This document shows, in pieces, positions 51,210 through 61,412 of a stretch of 64,000 nucleotides of DNA (the stretch's first letter is position 1; every line of letters begins with the position of its first letter). The DNA comes from Hydrolagus affinis. Lineage: Eukaryota. The translations under genes were made by a program, and so were the position numbers. The notes under the pieces are model-generated. The model did not search any database, was not told where the DNA came from, and saw nothing but the letters and a program-made list of their open reading frames with translations. Where the stretch lies: the NCBI GenBank assembly GCA_012026655.1, contig JAAILG010000057.1, forward strand, positions 62,001 through 126,000. The letters are read 5' to 3'.

Positions 51210-51730
51210 TTGGGAGATTTAGATCATACAAGAGATCACAAGAAAAGTTTACCTCATTTGATCCAATCCTTTCAGAATACCCAACAACAAAATTACATTT
51301 GTATAGTGCCTTTCTCTCTCATCACAGCATCAAGCTGTTTGTGTTTTTAATGAATCCAGCATCCTTGCCTTAACCACATTTCCTGGTAACCTGTACCATT
51401 TGTTAATTATGATCTGGGTATAGAAATATTTCCTGGTGTCTGTACTGAAATTGTGAGATCTTAACCGTCTTGTTATACTTTCTCAGTGCATGTGAAAGTA
51501 TTGTTCTGGAATTATTTTCTCAATCTCATTTAAAATGTTATATATCTCGAACAGGTTGCCTCTGAAATGTCTTATTTCAAGATTAAAGAACTCTAGCTTG
51601 TTCAATTGTTGCTCATAGCTTTCGCACAGGGAATTATCCTCATCTCTCTTCTCTAACTGCCTCTAAGGGCTGGGCAGTTGCTGATATGACAGTACCTAGA
51701 CTGCATGCAACCTGACCAGACCACTGCAGG
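51210..51730 (-). mobile_element. Decayed CR1 LINE 3' coding end and UTR
   Basis: Reverse: YEQQLNKLEFFNL..RH.RGNLFEIYNIL (cf. YEERL..L.LFSL..RRLRGDLIEVYKIL), RKYF.TQ.IIN.W..LP..VV.A. Confidence 0.75.
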
Positions 51731-52342
51731 ATGGTGCTGTTGTACTATTTCCCACAGTATGAGTAAATGGAGACCATAGTAAAAGCTGAAATTGGATCAG
51801 GCCAGAGTGAGGAATACTTATGTCAACAGGAACTCAGCTTCCAAGTATAATAAATAATCTATAATACAGCATGTTTTAGTAGTAACCTTCCATGTGCCTG
51901 ACTCCAAGTTAAAACCACTGGACAGTATTAAATATGTAAAAAATCAACCGCAGTAGCTGATGATTTTTGACATTCAGACACACAAAGTAGTGAAGTGCCT
52001 AATGCTGCTCTACATTTAGTTAATATTTTAGCACCAAGCCTACCTTAGACATTAACTTTTCCCATTTGTGAACTCTAACTGCCCTTGTTTGTATGAATTG
52101 GTGTAAGAAAACAAGTACAATACAGTCATAGACTTCCTACAGAAGTCTATGACTGTTGCATGCAGTCTAGGTACTGTCATATGTGACTGATGACAACTGA
52201 ACATTGTACCAGCTTTACCAATCTGAGCTGTTTGATACAATATGAAGAATATATTTCCTTGGAGTGAATAAATGCCGTACGTCTCTGCAATGTTTAAGAA
52301 CAGCTTTTGCCCACCAAACACACAGTCACTACACTTTACGGT

Positions 52343-52520
52343 ACAACTTGCATTTATCAATGCCCGGTAACGTCTAAGAGCGCTTAACAATGGCGGAGCC
52401 CGAAGCTGAGCCAGTGGGAGGGGGAAGGTGACTGTAAGCACAGTCGAAGAGAAAAGTCTTCAGGCACAACCTGAAGATGGGGAAGGAGGGGTGAGGCGAA
52501 GGGGCTGAGGAAGGGACTCT
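52343..52520 (-). mobile_element. L2 3' end fragment
   Basis: acaacttgcattta..cgtctaagagcgcttaaca..gtcgaagagaaaagtcttcag, homologous to 17040-17230. Confidence 0.85.
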
Positions 52521-53129
52521 TATTAAAATTGAACTCTATTCCTATGGGCAAGAATGCACTGTGAATAACATGCAGTGAGTATGAACCAAATTGCACAATG
52601 CCTTGCTGATAATGTATGTGCCATCTGTTTTGCACTGTTGAACAAGATAATATTCTACCTAAACTAGGCTCAAATGTAGCTTATTAAAAGCTTACATTAC
52701 TGACCTATGACTGTTCGGTTTTCCTAATAATTGAGGTGCCATTTTAATAAGCTACATAACAAACAAAAGGACAGTAAATCCAGTTGTTAGAGAAAAGTCT
52801 GATGCAGGAATGACTCAAGATTCACTTAATGCAGGTGGGGCAACAATCTGATATCTAGTACCACTCCACTAAAACCAGATACATTCTTTGGCTGTTCTGA
52901 GAGTAATACAGTGCTGGGAAAACATATTTAGCATACAAATAAGGCAATTGAGGGGTGTAGTTGAGGAGGATAGGAGAGGTACGTGCTTTGAGAGGCATAT
53001 AAACACAGACATCGACTTGTTGGTTAAAATGATCAGTTTCCGTGCCATATCACTCTTTTTTAACTCTGGATAACAATAGAAATAGATTTGGGAAATACAG
53101 AGAGATTTTGAAATATGTGAGTATGCAGT

Positions 53130-53500
53130 AAATAACAGCAATCAAAATGTTGCAGGATTACTGCTATTTCAGAAACGTGGCTTCAGGGTTGCTGCAGGAA
53201 AAATAATGTGGCATTTCAGCCTGAGCAAGGCAAAGGTGACTTCAGAAACTACAGTACTTTGAACATTGAAGTAGTCTTCCTCATTCTCAGTGGTCTGACA
53301 AATTTTGGAAAGTTCATGGAGTACCATAGGTGAGTAGTGTGTTCCCTTCCTTAACTCTAGTATCCCATATTGCTCGTGAGTCTGATACTCCAAAGTCCCC
53401 CTTTCAAGCAGATCATAAAGCATTTGTTGATTAATTCTAAATCTCTGAAAACAGTAAATGTCATGGGCAACATTAATGCATTGGCAGTAAACCTGAATGA
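53130..53500 (+). mobile_element. CR1/L2 APE-endonuclease domain fossil
   Basis: ITAISETWLQ (cf. IGITETWL), LVSLILQSPP (cf. LVG.IYRPP) and TVNVMGNIN (cf. V.IMGDFN) in the expected order. Confidence 0.65.
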
Positions 53501-54094
53501 CATTTCACTTTCTGCTGGAAAACCGAAAATGTACTGCCAATAACTGCCAATAGAGAAATCTGTGAAACAATTAAGAACCAATATTCCTTGTCCTGTTTAC
53601 CTGCACAAACTCCAAGCAATGTCAGTAATGATGTAGAGAATCAATTCTTTAACCTACACCTTTTTAAAACAGCAAAACAGTGTGTATATGGACAAAATGC
53701 CCAAGTCCACAGAAATATTTTGCATTCATACCACTGATATAATACCTAGAGCAAAAATGTAACATGCTGAGAGGTATAGAATTTCATTGGCAATGTGTAG
53801 TTTTATTTCCAGTAATACACTCAATGCAGAGTATTGTAACACAGGAGCTGATAGATCATATGATGCTCCATACCTTCAGTTCTATGTTGCTTTCTTGTTC
53901 CATCAATTCCATTACATACTCCTGCTGCATAATGGTCTAACATCTTACACATTGATAATTCACAAATATTACAAAGAGAAGTGAGTTTATAGTAGTCAGT
54001 CAAACTTTGGGAGCTCTGCTGACACTGTTTACAACCCAGCAGCAAGAGGAAATTTACCTCCATTACCAGGACCAACGTTATCCATTGTTAAATA

Positions 54095-54490
54095 AAACAA
54101 AAAAATTAATTTGTTTAGTTCATTTCACATTGGGAGGACGTTCCAAGGTGCTGGACAGTCAGGGATTTGGACATGAGCACGGGTTTGGGATCAGGAAGGG
54201 TGGAAGGCAGGGAGGGTATAGCTAAGAGGGTGGTCGAAGGCGTGGTTGAAGAAGAGGGTCATGAGACTTGCATTGATGGAGGCAAGGGAGAGAGCAGGGC
54301 AAAGGGACTGTGGGATTGAGTTCCAAAGGATGAGGGCAGAGAAGCTGAAAGTTCACCCGTCAATGGTGGGACAGGTCGAGTGGCCCAGGCATGGGATGTG
54401 GAGCAGGCCTGCTGAGTGGAGGGAATGGACAGGTTGATAATGGTGTTAGCAGGTCACAAATGTAGGAAGGATCAAGGCTGTGGGATAAAA
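54095..54490 (-). mobile_element. Older L2 3' region
   Basis: Purine-rich gaagaagagggtcatgagac..gagttccaaagga..gaagctgaaa..cacccgtcaatggtg..gcaggtcacaaatgtaggaagg, equivalent to reverse YL.DLL..GG..FS..LWNS..KT.LF. Confidence 0.75.
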
Positions 54491-54699
54491 CCTTTGTACT
54501 GTACCACCATGAACAAGTTTGTTTCAATTGATGCATATTTTTGTCCTCCCAAAGATTTTTTCTTCTGACATGCTATAGTCTTATGAAATATAAATAAGTG
54601 AAAGTAAATTATATTTGTGGTTGTTAACAAGAGATTTGAGTTGTACCAATTCCAACTGTTAAATAATTTAGTTTTATAGGTATAAAGTATTTGGCTCCT

Positions 54700-54890
54700 T
54701 CTTTAAGATGGATGCTGTATTTGGAATAACCTTTGCATCATTGCACAGCTATTGCTCAAGCCATCTCTACAAGAGAGGGACATTAACCAAAACTTGCCTG
54801 TGACAGGCGGGTCATAGGAACCTATTCTGGTGGATACTGAATTCCTCTGACTCCAATACTGACATATAATTTGGGAAGAGTTGATCATGT
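54700..54890 (-). pseudogene. PIF/Harbinger transposase fossil
   Basis: ORF 54703-54888 MINSSQIICQY....SVSTRIGSYD...RDGLSNSC (cf. SINVQIICD...V.AR.PGS.HD...G.LLGDSG). Confidence 0.45.
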
Positions 54891-54896
54891 CTCAGC

Positions 54897-55050
54897 ACAT
54901 TGTATAATTGACCAGAAGCGCACACTGGCTAATTGATCAGTACTATACTGTATAATTGATCAGTAGTGCACCATGTAGTCGATCAGTGAAGCACTGGATA
55001 ATTTATCAGTAACTTGGGGTGTATCAGAAGCTAAAGTGTGTAATTGACTG
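54897..55050. repeat. Degenerate minisatellite, about 22-25 bp unit (cactgtataattgatcagt)
   Basis: About 6 adjacent diverged units: cattgtataattgaccaga, cactggctaattgatcagt, tactgtataattgatcagt, catgtagtcgatcagt, cactggataatttatcagt. Confidence 0.8.
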
Positions 55051-55199
55051 CAGCTCAAAGATGATGGATGCCATTGAAAGAACACGTGGTTTGCAGTGCT
55101 GTAAGATGGAGGCTAGGTTCTACAGGGCAAACAGCTGAGCAGTTCAGGTGTAAAATCTTAATTTTAGTTGAAGTAAAAACTGTTGATCTCTATTTGAAA

Positions 55200-55360
55200 A
55201 ATACAGAGGTCTATTGACATATGTTGTCATGAATGGTGACAGAAGTGAAATAATCGTTAAGGATTAACAGCAGATGAAATTCAGCATGTTGATTTCTCAA
55301 TGACCTTGAGCTCCTCATGCAAGGTTGTTGAAACAGTGGATGGCACTCATTGATTGGGAT
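55200..55360 (+). pseudogene. PIF/Harbinger transposase fossil
   Basis: 55321-55350 KVVETVDGTH (cf. VVGAIDGTH, first catalytic D retained), preceded by MVTEV..L..F (cf. IV.EV..AL..FP). Confidence 0.5.
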
Positions 55361-56329
55361 TTCACGAGCAGAAATGTGATCATTTATTTAGGATTATAAT
55401 TTTGAGCTGTAAAAGCTAGGCACAAGAAACCATTACAGCTGGCACTGTAAGAACAAGACAGCGAGGCTAACATACGAAAAGAGAGGATGAAAACTGAATA
55501 GAGACCATTTTTATAGCTATGTATCCAAGGGACTAGGAAAGGAGCAAAATAAAATAGAGGGAGGGATGCAATAGACATGATTGAGCGTAAAAGGTATTTA
55601 CAGCGTTGAACTTCATTGCAAAAATGACAAGATTTACACAATTTTTTTACAGCATATTGCTGAGTTAAACACGTGTTATCCGGAGCACTGAATGCTGTGC
55701 TACACAGCTGATAAAGTTAGTGGTGGCTGAAGTTAACTTCAGGTCCAAACAAAATGATAAGGTCAGGGCTAGCAGGAAAGGTTTTCAGACCTGTGAACAA
55801 ACTTTAGTTACTGGTTTAACTGCAATTTTAGGCTTGCCAATATTTGCAATCACATGCTGTAATTTTCAAGGTAACATTGTTTATATTAAATTAATAAATG
55901 ATTATGTAGTTGTCAAGCCATAACACCAGTAATGAGGAAGGCAGAACGAAGAATACAAATTGATCCCATGCAGTTTGAGCAGCACCATAAATTAATTTAC
56001 TAATGAAACCTCCTTGTGAAGAGGTATCCGTATGGAAGGCCAATCCTACAGACTTTTATACTGCATTATCAGAATAGTTTGTGTCAGATTGTTGCTAGAA
56101 GTGTACCAATAAATGATTGATTGCCTTTGAGTCACAATAAAGGAAGATTAGAATTATAATTCTTGCCAATTCAGCTGAAGAAAAACAGCAATTACGTGGA
56201 TTTTGAAAGCGAAGCAGTAAGCATTGGGCATGTGACCTTGTGTTTAAGGAAAAAGACTATAGACCTGAAGGCTAATGACGATGTGATATCAACTGATGAG
56301 ATGACCATGAAGCATGTAAGAGGATCAGG

Positions 56330-57600
56330 ACAGTCACATTATGTAATAAGCATGCTGAATAAAAGCTGTTGCAATAAGTGCTAAGGAAAGAGATGCACAT
56401 TATCAGACCAGATACTGGATGGAAATACGGTTCAGCATTTAAATGAAGGGCAATGGTGGGCTTCCAATGCAATATACATAGTCTAAATTAGCCTGGGTCA
56501 CAGAGCTGACAGATGGCAAAAAGTCCATGGATTGGCATTGGAAACATACCTTTGAAAGGTAGATTGGAGTAGTGCAATGAACACTGTAGAAAAAACACAG
56601 CTTAAAAGAGAGTAGTCAATAGAATAGCCTCGGTTACTATGCCAACAAGCGAACTACACTAGTCTAAAGAGTAAGGTAAACCTAAACCAATGGAGGCCTT
56701 AAAGCTCTGATAAAATAATTAGAATGTATTATTCAGCACACCTCTATTGCAGGGGTGAAATCATGTTTTTAAGAATTAAGGAAATAATCCTGACGATTTG
56801 TGGATTTAATTACCAGTACAATTCTGCTGGATTCAAATTGGAACTTTTTCAGCTTTCTCAGTTACTTCAATGCAAATAGCTAAACTGTTGGTATATCCTT
56901 ATTCTCATTGATATTAAACAATGCTTTCTTCACATTTCAAAGAAAGTTCATGCTCTTGATAACTTCTAACATTGGAAGAACGTCACAATAATGAAGGGAG
57001 AATTCAGATCAAGGTCTTTTTATCATTCTTCCTTAAAACTCACTATTTCTGGACCATGTATTGCTATAGCATTCACACAGAAAGGTCAACGTTTTCATCT
57101 CATGTTTGGAACATGAAAACCATCCCACATTTTGCAGTGAACTTTTTATGCTAGTCAATGTGAAGGATGGCATTTTGGGGCACTGAAAATGGGGTACAAA
57201 TAAGTTTCCAAACCTTACAGTCTTCACACTATCACTAGCTTCTTGATGATACAGTACTATGTTACAATTTTTCCACTTGACATACAAGCCATTTCTGTGG
57301 CTGTGGTTAGTCCTAGTATTAGGCTCATGTCAATTTGTACATCATTATCTCCAGTGTTCTGCCACGCTCTCAAGGCCACTAAAGGCATTTGGGGCAAAAT
57401 CATTTCACATTAGATCCTGAGACAGAATAGATCTTCATTCAACTTTTCCAGCCTTAATTTCAACCGAGGCGATTGTACTCAATAAGCAAAACCTAAATCC
57501 TTCATTATTGAAATCCATATAAGCCAGTAGGAAAACTCCATTCCTGAGACAATCCCAGTAAGAGTATTTAGCCTTTACTCTGCTAGAAATTGGTTTCATA
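56330..57600 (-). pseudogene. Long, highly decayed PIF/Harbinger transposase fossil with an interruption of about 550 bp
   Basis: Minus-strand order: FPTG/FRF..STIAS; TGDND; LYVKWKN..HQEASD..RF.NLFV (cf. YVNRK..Q.VCD..RF.DV.V); GW; gap; KG.FP..PW; TIAL..SG..C..SACLLHNV (cf. TIG.LK..SGG..C..ACC.LHN). Confidence 0.45.
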
Positions 57601-60149
57601 AAACCATCATGCCTTGACAGTGTAATTGAGTGGCTGGTTTAACAAGTAGTCCACCTTTGTGTATATCCCGACAGCAGTGTGGCTTCATCCCTTTGCACTA
57701 CTGCCTTTGCTCTGTGCTTTTCCAATTAGATTTAAAAGTTCTGAATTTTCCAGCCCTATTAATGCTGGAAACTTCAGACTAGCATTCAAAAGACTACTCA
57801 GTGGACACTAAAATAACATACCAGCTTCCTCTAGAGGGAAACATTACACGAGCCTTTGGACAGACAGCCTTCATTTGAAATGGATTTTTCAGGCTGTATG
57901 AAAAGAAACGTAATATTCTATATGAGCTTCAATTTCAGGAGAATAATGATGTGCTTTATCATACATAAGGATTTATGTAATCCACTATTACTGGAAGAGT
58001 CTCTGCTGAATATTCCACCACATTCATCATGCTGTGTGACTATAGATACAATTATGCTAGCTATCTTCACACATGCACTGGCTTCCTTTTGAAGTTACTA
58101 ACAGAAAAAACCTAAACCATTAATTCCTGCCTACCCTCTGTGTCAATGTGCTTCAGATGAGTATTATGGCTGATCCCTGCCTTTCTGAGCTTTTCCCTGA
58201 GTTCCTCAATGTCAGTTAAAGTTGTAACATTACTCCATTTAATAGGGTCACTTGGCATTCAGCCCAGTATTTATGTCAAACCAATAATCCAAGATTTTTT
58301 TAAAAGAATTCTTCTTTGCAATTAAGCTGGAAAGAAACATTAACAACTTATATTCACACACAAAAAAAGGTTTAAGTGTTGCATATGGAGCTGTTCGACT
58401 TAATCACCAGTAATACCCAAGAATAAAAATGGTACGTTGATAAATGCTTCTTGAGAAAGTATTACATATTGAATGTGAATTATATCTCTTTTTGATGTGT
58501 AGCGCCAAGCCGGTATTATTAAGTGCCCAGGGCATCCCCTTGACATGAAAGACACTATATAAATGGTAAATTTCCATTGCAATGTATAGTTTCACTTAAT
58601 GTAATGATCATGCTCAAAATTGCATTTTATTCTAAAAACATACCAGCAGCACCAGGTAAATTTGCTATAGGGATCTCGCAACGTGCAGTTGGAGGGCACT
58701 AAAAAGTCACAACACATTATCCTTATTGTTTATTGCTATTGTTCTGCCAAGGGATTTTAGTCGGGCTTCATCAGAGTAATGTGCAATCCTTTGTTCAAAG
58801 GAGGAAGGGATTTAGGGACTCGTTGAGGAATTGCAAGTTAGGAAACGGAAAAAAAAAGCTGTACCTTCAGAGAATCAACTCCCTTTTGTTACCAGCTTTA
58901 GGACATTGTAAAATCTTTAGAGAAAATTGGTGACAGAATTATGGTATTCCATGTATTAGAGCACTCGAAGCAGTGGAATAATGGAGGTGAAAAAATATGA
59001 TGCGAGCTGCACAAGAGGTGGAGGGAAAGTTCAGTTAATATTTTCGGTAACCTGTAATAGAAGTGATCTGAATGCAGATGAACCTTTTTCTTTGGTAATT
59101 GCATTTACCTGGTATTTCAGACCCAGAAGCGATCAGATGCTGGGTTTCATTCTTTCAATATGAAACAACCTCGTTCACTGGGAAACCCTAATTAACAATT
59201 GTATTGCCAAGAAAACATCCTACGCTGCTTGTTCTATCGCCTTTTTTAGTTAAATTCTCATCATAAAATTCAATTCATGTTAAGAAGAATTTCATTTAAA
59301 AATTTACGGTAATATTTCGCTTAAAATTGGTGTAAATGGTTGTCAATTTCAATTGGACTAGGCTCAGTGGCTAGCTTTATACAATTCTGCACAGAACATT
59401 TTTATTCAACTTGAATCTTGTGTGTCAAGATAATCTTCCGAGTAAAATGAGTAAAAAAAACAAATCTCACTTCTATCAGAATGCAGTGGGGATGAAGGGG
59501 AAGAGCTGCAGGCAGAGTGATGAAGCTTTGAATAGGGGCAAAGAGAGAAGGCACATAAATGAGAATGCTTAAAGCAGTTAAGCAATACAAGCCTGTTTAT
59601 TTAAAAAAAGAACAGGTTATGCGTGATCACCAGAACCATAATTAAAAATTAAAGATTACATCAAACGGTCTTATCACTTGCTCCTAACATATTTCATAAA
59701 TTATGTAATGAAATCTGACACCAAGTACAGATTGAAAAGCATTAGAACTGTACATAGATTCCGATCCTAGAAGATATACACTTGCTTCCTTGTGTGCATT
59801 CTATTCCTCAAAATGAAGGGATAAGAGTAAAAAACCAGAACAAGATTATATTCTGCAGAGAAATTAGATATTCTGCATGACAGGTGGCCTCTCATTTTAG
59901 AAGAAATCAAATAAATTAGGAAGAGAAAAAATATTAAATAAAAAATATATAAACCAAAGACTTTTGATGAATTATTTTAGAGCTCAACCAGCATTACATA
60001 GATTACATGGGCAGACAGATCATGTCTAATACTGACCTTGTTCACCTTAATCAAATATTCTAAATCTGGTCTCACTACAAAGCATCCAAACTGGTGGACC
60101 AACAGTGGCCTATAATCAATTTTGAAGCTGGTCTGACCAGTTTGGCTTT

Positions 60150-60712
60150 AATAGTAATAATAATATAATCATGATTAATATAATAATTCAATAATAAAAA
60201 TAATACTTACATTTGATATAGCGCCCCATCATGTCTTTGAGACATCTCTAAGTGCTTCACAGAATATGATATAAAGTGCAGTGACTATTTTAATATTTTA
60301 TGGGCGAACAAGCTTTGAGACAATGTTACAACAATAATCCTTACATTTTCTATTGCCTTTCACATGATATACTATAAAGTGTAGGTTCTGTATTCTGTGG
60401 GTGAAATGGGCAGTCAATTTAGCATACAATTTAGCAAACAATATCCCACAAAATACCCAATGTTGACTGAAGCTAGTCACTACATACTTATTTGATGAAG
60501 CCATAGTGAAGACAAACCACATACCCAAAATATTAGTTTGTATGTTAAGAAGTGCATAGACCATTTTATTTCATTTTCATTTGATATCGCACCATATCAC
60601 ATCTTCAAGAAGTCTCTAAGCACTTCACAGAATATACTGTAAAGTGAATTGACTGTATACAGTATTTTATGGGCAAAATGTGGCATCCAATTGCAGACAG
60701 CAGTGTGCAAAC
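60150..60712 (-). mobile_element. Three tandem SINE 3' fragments (about 60150-60290, 60330-60450, 60578-60712)
   Basis: Repeated catttgatat.gc.cc..tctctaagtgcttcacagaatat..aaagtg blocks. Confidence 0.85.
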
Positions 60713-60922
60713 TTGTAAAAAAAAATCAATGGATTTAATATTTATATTCAATATTAAAATATTCAGTCTTGGTTCATGGAAAGGTTTTTAAACTAATTTC
60801 ACCTGACAGTCATTACTTGGGTTCCCATGTGCTTTGGAGTTCACATAACAGCTTTGCATGCTTGCAATTGTCTGTCTTATTTTGTTTGAAAGTGAAATAA
60901 TTTTATAATCACTCAAAAACAA

Positions 60923-61093
60923 TTATTGGTCATTTTAATCAACGACTGTTTGTGGGACACTGCTGTGTGCAATTGGCTGCCACATTTCACCCACAAAAGT
61001 CAATTCACTTTACAGTATATTCTGTGAAGCGCTTTGAGATGTCTAGAAGTTATAAAATGTGCTATATCAAATGCAAGGATTATTATTATTATT
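60923..61093 (+). mobile_element. SINE 3' half
   Basis: attggtcattttaatcaacgactgtttgtgggacactgctgtg..caaatgcaaggattattattatt. Confidence 0.92.
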
Positions 61094-61194
61094 AGCATTT
61101 ATTTGTAGGGTCTTTTAATCTATTATAATATTACCAATAACAATGTTCCAGGAAAGAGCTGTTACAAATTCATTAGCTCGGCAGCATTTAAAGA

Positions 61195-61412
61195 CAAGTA
61201 GGAATGTGGAACTTGCTATCCCAAGAAACTGATGAGGCAAGTAGCACAGATGTATTTAAGGGGAAGCTGTATGGATACATGAGGGAGAAAGGAATAGAAG
61301 GTTATGCTTGTAGGCTTTGTTGAGGAAGGGCAGGAGGAGGCTCATGTGGAGCATAAACGCAATCATCGGCCAGTTGGCCTGAGTGGTCTGTTTCTGTGTG
61401 GTACATTCTAAT
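61195..61412 (+). mobile_element. CR1 LINE 3' end
   Basis: VGMWNLL.Q...EA.S.DVFKGKL..YMREKGI.GY, then 3' UTR ggaggaggctcatgtggagcataaac..ggcctgagtggtctgtttctgtg..acattcta. Confidence 0.85.

Noticed and set aside
53169-53423. 84-aa minus-strand ORF that looks protein-like
   Set aside because: It is antisense to a decayed LINE endonuclease remnant on the plus strand.
54897-55050. Short spaced repeats superficially like a CRISPR array
   Set aside because: Units are adjacent and degenerate with no unique spacers, there are no cas genes, and the context is vertebrate; it is a minisatellite.
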